From Candidatus Eremiobacter antarcticus (GTDB taxonomy: Bacteria; Vulcanimicrobiota; Vulcanimicrobiia; Eremiobacterales; Eremiobacteraceae): 64,000 nucleotides of DNA. The position numbers were made by a program, and so were the translations under genes. Shown piece by piece: positions 36,978 to 45,606 of the stretch. The notes under the pieces are model-generated. The model ran no database searches. It had not been told where the DNA came from and saw only the letters and a list, made by a program, of their open reading frames with translations. Every line of letters begins with the position of its first letter. Position 1 is the first letter of the stretch. Where the stretch lies: NCBI GenBank assembly GCA_003244105.1, contig QHBK01000017.1:6907-70906 (forward strand). Direction: 5' to 3'.

Positions 36978-38177
36978 ATGAAATTCTGGGAGCTGTTCGG
37001 CGTCGCTGTACAGACGCTGTGGACGCACCGCCTGCGTTCTGCGCTCACGATGATCGGCATCGTCATCGGAACAGCTGCGGTCATCGCCATCTTCGGCCTC
37101 GGCCAAAGCGCTTCGTCGGCCATCGGCGGGCTCTTGGGGATGTTCGGCGATCAAGGCATCTACATTCTTCCGGATCAAACAGCGGCTCGCGCCGGGCAGA
37201 CGCACCTCGAATGGCATGACGTCGCGGCGCTGCGAGACGGCTGTACGCGCTGTGCCAAGGTCTTTCCATATTATAGCGGGTCCTATACCATCCGCAGAGG
37301 GCACACGCGCGACGCCTTTGGGCTCTCGTCCGACACCGATTACATCACGGACAAGCTGCCGATGGCCGAGGGCCGGCGCTTCACCGCAGAGGACGTCGCA
37401 GGGGCGCGACCGGTGTGCGATCTGCTGTGGGATGCGAAGAAAAAGCTGTTCGGAGACGGACCCGCCGTCGGCCAGTTCGTGCGCATCGCCGGGCGGCGCT
37501 TCTTGGTGGTGGGCGTGTACAGCAACATCAGCGCCGGTGTTTTCAACGCGTTTGTCGGCAGCGGCGAGACGATTCTGATCCCGTATACCACCTACCGCAA
37601 TCTCGGCGGCGCAACGATGTTGGGGCTGCAGATCTATGCGCAAGCCGGCGCTGCGTCCGGGCAGGTGATCGATCAGGCCGAGGGCATCCTCAAGCGCATG
37701 CACGGCCAGCGCGTGCACTACCAATCGGTCGACACGAGCCAACAAGGCTCGGTTTTTCTCAACGTCGTCGCATATGTCGCGGCCGGCGTCTCAGCGATCG
37801 GCGCCATCGCGCTCGTGGTCGGGGGCATCGGCGTCATGAACATCATGATGGTCTCCGTGATCGAACGCACCCGCGAGATCGGCATCCGCAAGGCGATCGG
37901 CGCCACGCGCAGCGACATCTTGCTGCAGTTCCTCACGGAGTCGATCGCGATCACGCTGTTGGGGGGCGCCATCGGAACGCTGTTGGGGATCGCGGCTGCG
38001 CTCCTCGGAAATGCGCTCTTGATCTCCCAGTTCGCGGGCGCGAGCGCAGCCATCCACTGGGTCCCCATCCTAGCCATGGCGCTGACATCTTCGGTCGCCA
38101 TCGGGCTGTTCTTCGGCACCTATCCGGCGGTGCGCGCCTCCCGCTTGTCGCCCATCGACTGTTTGCGCCATGAATGA
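36978..38177 (+). CDS. ABC transporter permease, MacB/FtsX family (permease 1)
   Basis: N-terminal TM helix, large periplasmic MacB_PCD-like domain, C-terminal FtsX 3-TM bundle (GGIGVMNIMMVSVIERTREIGIRKAIGATRSDILLQFLTES). Confidence 0.88.
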   Translation: MKFWELFGVAVQTLWTHRLRSALTMIGIVIGTAAVIAIFGLGQSASSAIGGLLGMFGDQGIYILPDQTAARAGQTHLEWHDVAALRDGCTRCAKVFPYYSGSYTIRRGHTRDAFGLSSDTDYITDKLPMAEGRRFTAEDVAGARPVCDLLWDAKKKLFGDGPAVGQFVRIAGRRFLVVGVYSNISAGVFNAFVGSGETILIPYTTYRNLGGATMLGLQIYAQAGAASGQVIDQAEGILKRMHGQRVHYQSVDTSQQGSVFLNVVAYVAAGVSAIGAIALVVGGIGVMNIMMVSVIERTREIGIRKAIGATRSDILLQFLTESIAITLLGGAIGTLLGIAAALLGNALLISQFAGASAAIHWVPILAMALTSSVAIGLFFGTYPAVRASRLSPIDCLRHE

Positions 38178-39403
38178 CGGAAAGCGGCAACTCGGTGGTT
38201 CATAAAACTGCCGAATTTCTGCGTCAGGCGATCGAGACGCTGTGGAACAACCGATTCCGGTCGTTGCTGACAATGCTCGGGCTGATCATCGGCGTCGGCT
38301 CGGTCATCGCCATTCTCGCGGTGGGCGATGCCACAAATCGTTCAGTGCAAAACCTGCTCTCGCAATACTCGCAAGCGTCGAGTTTCGTGGTCGCCAAGCA
38401 GACGCAGCCTGATTTCCAAAACGCGGCCATCCGCTACACGGACGCCCGAGCAGTGGCCAAGGCCGTGCCGCAGGTCAAAGCGGTCATCCCCATCATGGTG
38501 ATCCCCATGACGACGACCGTGCGGCACCGCACCAAGACCATCACCGTCATCACGGCCGGCGCGGGCGTCGGCTTTGACGCAAGCGCGCTTGAGGCTGGGC
38601 GCCGCTTCACTCCGCTGGAAGTCGCCGCGCACCGGCACGTCTGCATCTTGTCGTACGACGCGCGCAACACCATCTTCTCCCCCGGCGCCGCGGTCACCGG
38701 AAGCAGCGTGCGGCTGAACGGAAGCTATTACACCGTGGTCGGAGTCCAAGCCAAACCGCTCAACGCGGGGCTCCTGCAAAGCGACAGCGGTTCGGAGACG
38801 GTCACGGTGCCCTACACGCTCATTCCAGAGTTCGGTTATTCTTACGTGGCGGGACTGTCCATCGTGAGCGATCCGGAGCATGTCACGCAAGACGGCAATG
38901 CGGCCATCGACGCGCTCAAGAAAATCCACGGTCAGCGCTCGCAGTACCAAGAGCGCGACATCAAGACACTCAACGAGGGCATCGCCAAAGTCTTCACCGT
39001 GTTGACCGGGGTCATCGGCGTCATCGCCGGCATCTCCCTTTTGGTGGGCGGGGTCGGCATCATGAACATCATGCTCGTGTCGGTGACCGAGCGGACGCGC
39101 GAGATCGGCATTCGTAAGGCGGTGGGCGCCGCGCGCACGGATATTCTGCTGCAGTTCTTGAGCGAAGCTTTGGTCATGTGCTTGGCAGGCGGGCTCATAG
39201 GCCTGTGCGGCGGCGTCGGCCTCGCGGAGCTTGTCATCCACACGCTCATCATCAAGCTCACGGGAACGGTCGTCGCATTTTCTTGGGCGCCCATCGTGAC
39301 GATCGCGGTGGTCTTTTCCGCCGGCGTGGCGCTCGTGTTCGGCACGTATCCGGCCGTGCGCGCATCCTACCTCGATCCCATCGAGTGCTTGCGCTTTGAG
39401 TGA
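38174..39403 (+). CDS. ABC transporter permease, MacB/FtsX family (permease 2, distinct paralog)
   Basis: Same architecture as permease 1 but divergent in sequence (GGVGIMNIMLVSVTERTREIGIRKAVGAARTDILLQFLSEA). Start overlaps the previous stop (ATGA). Confidence 0.88.
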   Translation: MTESGNSVVHKTAEFLRQAIETLWNNRFRSLLTMLGLIIGVGSVIAILAVGDATNRSVQNLLSQYSQASSFVVAKQTQPDFQNAAIRYTDARAVAKAVPQVKAVIPIMVIPMTTTVRHRTKTITVITAGAGVGFDASALEAGRRFTPLEVAAHRHVCILSYDARNTIFSPGAAVTGSSVRLNGSYYTVVGVQAKPLNAGLLQSDSGSETVTVPYTLIPEFGYSYVAGLSIVSDPEHVTQDGNAAIDALKKIHGQRSQYQERDIKTLNEGIAKVFTVLTGVIGVIAGISLLVGGVGIMNIMLVSVTERTREIGIRKAVGAARTDILLQFLSEALVMCLAGGLIGLCGGVGLAELVIHTLIIKLTGTVVAFSWAPIVTIAVVFSAGVALVFGTYPAVRASYLDPIECLRFE

Positions 39404-40145
39404 GACGCTCGCGCAGCCGCTGTCCGCTCGGGGCATCCCTTCTGTGCAGGAGCGCGCCGTCATCGACATCACCGACATGACCAAGGTCTACGAGCTCGGC
39501 GACATCAAGGTACCGGCGCTGCGGGGAGTTTCGTTCCGCATCGCGGCCGGCGACTATGTCGCCATCATGGGTCCGTCCGGCTCGGGCAAGTCGACGTTGA
39601 TGAACATCATCGGCTGCCTCGATCAGCCGACCAGCGGGATCTACCGTCTGGACGGCATCGACGTCGCAAACTTGGACGATCGGGAGCTGGCTGCCATCCG
39701 CCTGAGCAAGCTCGGCTTCGTGTTCCAGGGTTTCAACCTGCTCGCGCGCACCACGGCGCTGCGCAACGTCGCCCTGCCCTTGTTCTACGCCGGCGACCGC
39801 GACCGAGACAAAAAGGCTCAACGGGTGCTGGAGAAAGTGGGCTTGGGCGACCGGGTGCAGCATCGCCCGAACGAGCTCTCGGGAGGTCAGCAGCAGCGGG
39901 TGGCCATCGCGCGAGCGCTTGTCAATGACCCCGCGGTGTTGCTGGCGGACGAGCCGACCGGCAACTTGGACTCGGCGACCGCCGAGGACATCATGGCGCT
40001 GTTCGCGGACCTCAACAGCGAAGGCCACACCATCATCATCGTGACGCACGACGACGACGTGGCAAGCCACGCGCGCCGCATCATCCGTTTGCGAGACGGG
40101 CTGGTCATAAGCGATGAGAGCGGCGCGAGAAATCGTCCCCTGTAG
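39396..40145 (+). CDS. ABC transporter ATP-binding protein, MacB/LolD-type
   Basis: Walker A GPSGSGKST, Q-loop, signature LSGGQQQRVAIARAL, Walker B LLADEPTGNLD, H-loop THDDD. Overlaps the upstream permease by 8 nt. Confidence 0.92.
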   Translation: MSETLAQPLSARGIPSVQERAVIDITDMTKVYELGDIKVPALRGVSFRIAAGDYVAIMGPSGSGKSTLMNIIGCLDQPTSGIYRLDGIDVANLDDRELAAIRLSKLGFVFQGFNLLARTTALRNVALPLFYAGDRDRDKKAQRVLEKVGLGDRVQHRPNELSGGQQQRVAIARALVNDPAVLLADEPTGNLDSATAEDIMALFADLNSEGHTIIIVTHDDDVASHARRIIRLRDGLVISDESGARNRPL

Positions 40146-40175
40146 GGCGTTCCGACCTCTGCCGCAACCCCAATC

Positions 40176-40209
40176 TTGACGGTTAGCACTCTCGGTGTTA
40201 AACTGCTAA
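40176..40209 (+). promoter_or_regulatory. CIRCE-like inverted repeat (HrcA-operator type) overlapping a candidate promoter upstream of htrA
   Basis: TTAGCACTC-tcggtgtta-AACTGCTAA at 40183-40209 versus consensus TTAGCACTC-N9-GAGTGCTAA (left half 9/9, right half 7/9). TTGACG at 40176-40181 and TAAACT at ~40198-40203 could serve as -35/-10. Confidence 0.55.
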
Positions 40210-40404
40210 CGCAGTTACGGCTATCGCGTTCACGCGCTTCGGGACAAGCCGGATTCCCCGTCTTTTGGCAACAATTCGGTTCGCTCGCGGGTAAGTATGT
40301 ACGTGTCGATCCAGTCGCAGTTCGTGCGGGCTACCTGCGCGCAGCATCGCCATGGGATAACGGCCTCCCATCCGCGGCCGGCCTTTACAGGAGTGAAACT
40401 AAAG

Positions 40405-41625
40405 ATGAATTCCCGAACTCGCACGTCGCTCGGCTTCGCGCTCATGGGACTGCTCGGAGTGCTGATCGGCGCATTCGTCGTGTCGCTTTTGGCCCCCAAG
40501 TTTTGGACGAGTAAAGAAGCGGCCGCCAACCTCATACCGAACGCCGCCTCGGCGGCGCCGATGCCGCTGAGCGGCGACAGTGATTTCGAACGGCGCATCG
40601 TCGCCGTCGTGAAGCGCACCGAGCCGTCCGTGGTCTTGATCAAGGCGACCGTCCACGGTCAGCAGCAGATCTACAACCCGTTCCAAAACGACCCGTTCTT
40701 CCGCCAGTTCTTCGGCGACCAAGTCCCCAACCAAGCCCAGCCCTTCACCGCAAAGGCGTCGGGCTCGGGATTCGTCTACCACCGGGATGGCGATACCGCA
40801 TACATCGCCACCAACGCGCACGTGGTCTATCAGGCCGACCACATCCAGGTCCTGTTATGGACGGGCCGTCAGTTGGATGCGCAAGTCGTGGGAGCGGACA
40901 ACAGCACCGACTTGGCGCTGCTGAAGATCCACGGCGCCAACCTGCCGCCCGCATTGCCGGCCGGCAACTCGAGCGCGCTGGAGCAAGGACAATTCGTGCT
41001 GGCCATCGGCGAGCCTGAATCATTCCAAAATTCGGTGAGCTTGGGCATCGTATCTGCGCTCCATCGCAGCAACATCACGGCCACCGGAGGCCCCGGCTTT
41101 CCGGCGTTTCATTATGAAGACATGATCCAGATCACGACGCCGATCAACCCCGGGAACTCCGGCGGCCCGCTGATCACGACTCGCGGTCAGGTCGTCGGCA
41201 TCAATGCGGTTGTCGCCGCGCAGGCGCAGGCGATCGGCTTCTCTATCCCCATCAACGCAGCGCAGCCGGTGCTGGCCGAGATTCAGCAGACAGGCCACGG
41301 CATCCATGTCGCGCACGCCTACATCGGCATCCAGATGCGCGCGCTCGACAAGCAACTCGCCAGCTACTTGGGCTACTCGGGATCGCAAGGCATCGTCGTC
41401 GTGAGCGTGCAGCCGGGCAGTCCCGCCGAAAAGGCAGGCCTGCAGATGCGCGACATCGTCTTGGAGCTCAATCACAAGAAGCTGAGCGATCCGGACGAGG
41501 TGCGCGCGGCCATCGCCAAGCTGAAGGTCGGCGACAAGGTCACGCTGCTGGTGTGGCGCGACGGAGGCTTGCAGCCGTACGCCGTCACGCTCGGCGACCG
41601 GCCCGATACGCTGCCGCAAGGTTAA
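40405..41625 (+). CDS. htrA: HtrA/DegP-family periplasmic serine protease with one PDZ domain
   Basis: Catalytic triad contexts TNAHVV / DLALLKI / GNSGGPL, and C-terminal PDZ (GIVVVSVQPGSPAEKAGLQMRDIVLELN). N-terminal TM/signal anchor. AGGAG lies 7 nt before ATG 40405. Confidence 0.9.
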   Translation: MNSRTRTSLGFALMGLLGVLIGAFVVSLLAPKFWTSKEAAANLIPNAASAAPMPLSGDSDFERRIVAVVKRTEPSVVLIKATVHGQQQIYNPFQNDPFFRQFFGDQVPNQAQPFTAKASGSGFVYHRDGDTAYIATNAHVVYQADHIQVLLWTGRQLDAQVVGADNSTDLALLKIHGANLPPALPAGNSSALEQGQFVLAIGEPESFQNSVSLGIVSALHRSNITATGGPGFPAFHYEDMIQITTPINPGNSGGPLITTRGQVVGINAVVAAQAQAIGFSIPINAAQPVLAEIQQTGHGIHVAHAYIGIQMRALDKQLASYLGYSGSQGIVVVSVQPGSPAEKAGLQMRDIVLELNHKKLSDPDEVRAAIAKLKVGDKVTLLVWRDGGLQPYAVTLGDRPDTLPQG

Positions 41626-41673
41626 ACGCGCTCTAGGCGAAGTCAGCGACAGACTCTACAAAATCGTATATTG

Positions 41674-41696
41674 GCTCGCCGGCACAGCCGGCGAGC
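41674..41696 (+). promoter_or_regulatory. perfect 10-3-10 inverted repeat GCTCGCCGGC-aca-GCCGGCGAGC in the dnaK leader, just downstream of a TATATT -10-like hexamer
   Basis: Read directly at 41674-41696, 23 nt upstream of the dnaK ATG. Could be an operator overlapping +1 or an attenuator hairpin. Confidence 0.4.
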
Positions 41697-41718
41697 GTTC
41701 TCGGAGGAAAGAAACACC

Positions 41719-43605
41719 ATGGCAAAAGTCGTCGGGATCGACCTCGGCACCACCAACTCCGTCGTCGCTTTCATGGAAGGCACCACGCCGACGGTCATCA
41801 CGAACGCAGAGGGCAGCCGCCTCACCCCGTCGGTGGTGGCGATCACCAAAGGCGGTGACCGTCTGGTCGGCCAGCTCGCGAAACGGCAGGCGATCACCAA
41901 TCCGGACCGCACGATCTCGTCGATCAAGCGCTATATGGGCAGCGATCACAGAGTCACGATCGACGGCAAGTCGTACACGCCGCAAGAGATCTCGGCGATG
42001 ATCCTGCAAAAGCTGGCCGCGGACGCGAGCACGTATCTTGGCGAGAAAGTCACCAAGGCGGTTATCACGACGCCCGCATACTTCAACGATGCGCAGCGCC
42101 AGGCCACCAAGGACGCCGGACGCATCGCTGGCTTAGACGTGTTGCGCATCATCAACGAGCCGACGGCGGCTGCGCTCGCGTACGGCCTCGACAAGAAGGG
42201 CAACGAGACGATCCTCGTCTGGGACTTGGGCGGCGGCACGTTCGATGTCTCGGTTCTCGAGGTCGGCGACGGCGTCTTCGAGGTGAAGTCCACCAATGGC
42301 GACACGCACTTGGGCGGCGACGACTACGACAAGCGCATCGTCGACTGGCTCGTGTCCGAGTTCAAAAAAGAGCAGGGCATCGATCTTTCAAGCGACCGCC
42401 AAGCCCTGCAGCGCTTGACCGAGGCGGCCGAAAAAGCCAAGGTAGAGCTGTCCTCCATGGTCCAGACGTCGATCAATCTGCCGTTCGTGACGGCCGATCA
42501 GAACGGCCCGAAGCACCTGGACTACACGCTGACCCGCGCAAACTTCGAGCAGCTGACGAACGATCTCACCGAGCGCTGCAGAAAGCCGTTCGAAAACGCA
42601 ATCGCGGACGCGAAGCTCACGGTGGACGACATCAAAGAGGTCGTCTTGGTCGGCGGTGCCACGCGCATGCCGATCATCCAAGAACTGGTCAAGTCGCTCA
42701 CGCACAAGGATCCTCACCAGGGCGTCAACCCCGACGAAGTGGTGGCGGTCGGCGCTGCCATCCAAGCCGGCGTGCTGTCGGGCGAGGTTCGAGACGTCGT
42801 GCTGCTGGACGTCACGCCGCTGTCCATGGGTCTTGAGACGCTGGGCGGAGTCATGACCAAGCTGATCGAGCGGAACACGACCATCCCGACGCGCAAGTCG
42901 CAGACGTTCACCACCGCCGACGATGGCCAGACCTCGGTCGACATCCACGTGCTGCAAGGCGAGCGGGAGATGGCGCCCGATAACAAAACGCTGGGCCGCT
43001 TCCGGCTGGAAGGCCTCCCGCCCGCGCCGCGCGGCGTGCCGCAGATCGAAGTGACGTTCGACATCGACGCCAACGGCATCACGCACGTGAGCGCCAAGGA
43101 CCTGGGCACCGGCAAGGAACAGCGCATCACGATCACGTCGTCGAGCAATCTCAACAAGGAAGAGGTCGACCGCATGGTGCGCGAGGCCGAATCGCATTCC
43201 GCCGAGGACAAGCGCAAGCGCGAAGAGGCCGAGACGCGCAACGAAGCGCTGCGGCTTCAATATTCCGCGGAGAACACGCTCAAGGAGGTTGGAGACAAGG
43301 TCTCCGGCGCCGACAAAGCTGAGGTCGAGAAAGCACTGGACGACGTGCGCTCGCTGCTCAAGGCCGGCAGCCTCGAAGAGCTCAAACGCGCTACCAGCAG
43401 GCTGCAAGAGGCTTCCTACAAGCTGGCCCAAGTGGTCTATCAGAAGACCGGTCAGGCGGCCGGCGCGGAAGCGGGCGCTCCCACGGACGGCGCGGCCACA
43501 AACGGCGCAACGGGCGCGCAGGAACCCGAAGGCGCGGGCGCCGCGGCGGCCAGCGGCGGCTCAGCCGATGGCGATGTCATCGACGCCGAATTCAAGGAGA
43601 GATAG
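41719..43605 (+). CDS. dnaK: molecular chaperone DnaK (Hsp70)
   Basis: [18 protein letters not shown]..., [10 protein letters not shown], and the C-terminal substrate-binding and lid domains. GGAGG lies 9 nt upstream of ATG 41719. Confidence 0.97.
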   Translation: MAKVVGIDLGTTNSVVAFMEGTTPTVITNAEGSRLTPSVVAITKGGDRLVGQLAKRQAITNPDRTISSIKRYMGSDHRVTIDGKSYTPQEISAMILQKLAADASTYLGEKVTKAVITTPAYFNDAQRQATKDAGRIAGLDVLRIINEPTAAALAYGLDKKGNETILVWDLGGGTFDVSVLEVGDGVFEVKSTNGDTHLGGDDYDKRIVDWLVSEFKKEQGIDLSSDRQALQRLTEAAEKAKVELSSMVQTSINLPFVTADQNGPKHLDYTLTRANFEQLTNDLTERCRKPFENAIADAKLTVDDIKEVVLVGGATRMPIIQELVKSLTHKDPHQGVNPDEVVAVGAAIQAGVLSGEVRDVVLLDVTPLSMGLETLGGVMTKLIERNTTIPTRKSQTFTTADDGQTSVDIHVLQGEREMAPDNKTLGRFRLEGLPPAPRGVPQIEVTFDIDANGITHVSAKDLGTGKEQRITITSSSNLNKEEVDRMVREAESHSAEDKRKREEAETRNEALRLQYSAENTLKEVGDKVSGADKAEVEKALDDVRSLLKAGSLEELKRATSRLQEASYKLAQVVYQKTGQAAGAEAGAPTDGAATNGATGAQEPEGAGAAAASGGSADGDVIDAEFKER

Positions 43606-43620
43606 AGGCTGCGCTGGGGG

Positions 43621-44181
43621 ATGCCGGAGTCCGAAGACCTCGACTCTGCTGCGAGTGCGCAAGTTCCGGGAGTCGACGAGACGCCTGCCGATGGGCAGGC
43701 GTCGACCGATTCTGAGGCGCTGCGCGCCGAGTTAGAGAAGAGCAAGAATCAAGCGGAAGAACAGCGCCAGCTGTACGTGCGCGCGCTCGCTGATTTCGAC
43801 AACTACAAGCGGCGTATGGATCGGGTGATGGCTGACCGCTCGGCAGAAGGCAGGCGCGACGTGCTCAAGCGCCTGTTGCCGGTGCTCGACAATCTCGAGC
43901 GCGCGGCGCAGTACCGCCAAGCGGGCACGCCAGCGGAGCAGCTCGTGGACGGGCTGCTCGCCACCGTCAAACAGTTCATGACCGTGCTCGAAGCCGAGGG
44001 CGTGCAGCCCATCGACTTGATGGGAAAGCCGTTCGATCCCAAGCTCGGAGAGGCGGTCGGCACGCGCCAGGTTCCGGATACGCCAGATGACGTCGTCCTC
44101 GACGAGGCACGGCGCGGCTATATGATCGGACAAGACGTCTTGCGTCCGGCGCAAGTCATCGTTTCCAAGTCCGCGCAGTAG
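43621..44181 (+). CDS. grpE: nucleotide exchange factor GrpE
   Basis: 186 aa; coiled-coil N-terminal region, LRALADFDNYKRRMDR, and C-terminal beta-sheet arm GKPFDPKLGEAVG. Confidence 0.9.
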   Translation: MPESEDLDSAASAQVPGVDETPADGQASTDSEALRAELEKSKNQAEEQRQLYVRALADFDNYKRRMDRVMADRSAEGRRDVLKRLLPVLDNLERAAQYRQAGTPAEQLVDGLLATVKQFMTVLEAEGVQPIDLMGKPFDPKLGEAVGTRQVPDTPDDVVLDEARRGYMIGQDVLRPAQVIVSKSAQ

Positions 44182-44193
44182 CGGGCCGCTCGC

Positions 44194-45222
44194 ATGCCCG
44201 TCCAATACAAAGATTATTACAAGATCCTCGGCGTAGGGAAGAGCGCCTCCACCAAAGACATCAAGGCGGCGTATCGTAAGCTCGCGCGCCAGTGGCATCC
44301 CGACGTCAATCCCACCCGCAAAAAAGAGGCCGAAGACAAGTTCAAGGACATCGCTGAAGCCTATGAGGTCCTCAGCGACGCCGAAAAGCGGCGCATGTAC
44401 GACACGCTGGGCAACGACTGGCAGCAGCGCGCCGCGCAAAACGCGCAAGGCGGATACTACCGCAGCCAGCCGGGCGCGCAGCGTGCCGACGGTGGCGGCG
44501 CGCAATTCGACTTCGGTGATCTAGGCGACAGCAGTTTTTCCGAGTTCTTCCAGACGTTCTTCGGCAACATCGGGCGCGGCGGCAACGCGACTGCCGGGGG
44601 CGGGCGGCGTGGCGCGCGCGGCTCCGACGTCGAAAGCGTTTTGGAGCTTCCCTTGCGCGAGGCATTTAGCGGCGGTCACCGCACGCTGACGATGCAAGTC
44701 GAGACCACCTGCCCGCGCTGTCACGGCACCGGCAACGAAAAAGGCAAGCTGTGCCATCAGTGCCGCGGCACGGGCACCATTCCGAGCACAAAATCGCTGG
44801 ACGTCACGATTCCGGCAGGCGTGAGAGACGGTCAGCGCATCCGGCTCGCAGGCCAAGGCGCTCCCGGCATGGGCGGCGGCTCCGCCGGCGATTTGTACTT
44901 GATCGTGCGCATCGCACCGGACCCGCGCTTTGCGCGCAAGGGCGACGATTTGCACATCGAGCAGGCGGTGAGCATCTACGACCTCGTGCTGGGCGGCGAA
45001 GTGGTCGTGCCGACGATGACCGGCCAGATCGACCTCAAAGTGCCTGCCGGTTCTCAGAACGGCAGAACGCTGCGCATTCCGGGAAAGGGCATGCCTCGTC
45101 TGGGCAAAGGCGCCGGCCAAGGCGACCTCTACGTCAAGCTGGTCGCTCAAGTGCCCGCCGCGGTCAGCGACCGCGAGCGCGAGCTTTTCCAAGAGCTTGC
45201 GAAGATGGCCAAGACGCGATGA
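44194..45222 (+). CDS. dnaJ: DnaJ-class co-chaperone with J-domain, Gly-rich linker and a reduced Cys-rich domain (only two CxxCxGxG repeats)
   Basis: J-domain [34 protein letters not shown] (HPD), G/F-like region, [22 protein letters not shown], and C-terminal peptide-binding domains. Confidence 0.88.
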   Translation: MPVQYKDYYKILGVGKSASTKDIKAAYRKLARQWHPDVNPTRKKEAEDKFKDIAEAYEVLSDAEKRRMYDTLGNDWQQRAAQNAQGGYYRSQPGAQRADGGGAQFDFGDLGDSSFSEFFQTFFGNIGRGGNATAGGGRRGARGSDVESVLELPLREAFSGGHRTLTMQVETTCPRCHGTGNEKGKLCHQCRGTGTIPSTKSLDVTIPAGVRDGQRIRLAGQGAPGMGGGSAGDLYLIVRIAPDPRFARKGDDLHIEQAVSIYDLVLGGEVVVPTMTGQIDLKVPAGSQNGRTLRIPGKGMPRLGKGAGQGDLYVKLVAQVPAAVSDRERELFQELAKMAKTR

Positions 45223-45268
45223 TGCGCAGACTTTCCACACCAACAGGCAACCGAAGAAGCAAGGTGGG

Positions 45269-45541
45269 ATGATGGATACGGACGTCGTCGACCAACTGTA
45301 TGCGATCACCGCGGTCGTGGCGCAATTCGACGTGCCCTCGGAGACACTCGTGCGCTACGAACGCGCCGGTTTGCTGCGGCCTCGGCTCGTCAACGACGTG
45401 CGTTTCTATTCCGAAGCGGACATCGAGCGTCTTTCGACCATCCGCCGCCTGACCGACATCTGCGGCATCAACCTGGCAGGCGTCGATGTCGTGCTTCGCT
45501 TGCTTGAAGAGATACGAACGCTGCAGCGTCAGCTGGAATAG
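45269..45541 (+). CDS. hspR: MerR-family heat-shock repressor HspR
   Basis: 90 aa; HTH LYAITAVVAQFDVPSETLVRYERAGLLRP and the GINLAG motif shared with HspR. It is the last gene of the dnaK-grpE-dnaJ operon, as in Streptomyces/Helicobacter. Confidence 0.75.
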   Translation: MMDTDVVDQLYAITAVVAQFDVPSETLVRYERAGLLRPRLVNDVRFYSEADIERLSTIRRLTDICGINLAGVDVVLRLLEEIRTLQRQLE

Positions 45542-45606
45542 GAACGGCCCCGGGCGGCGTGCGCCCTACCACGCGTTCTAGGACGCGCCGACGTCAGTCT
45601 TTAAGC

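Noticed and set aside
40175-40195. HAIR-like pattern CTTGACG-N6-ACTCTCG upstream of htrA
   Set aside because: Only 5/7 matches per half-site and the wrong spacing (6 rather than 7). It overlaps the much better CIRCE match, so it is reported only as a note.
42388-43431. 347-aa minus-strand ORF antisense to dnaK
   Set aside because: Shadow ORF opposite one of the most conserved proteins known.
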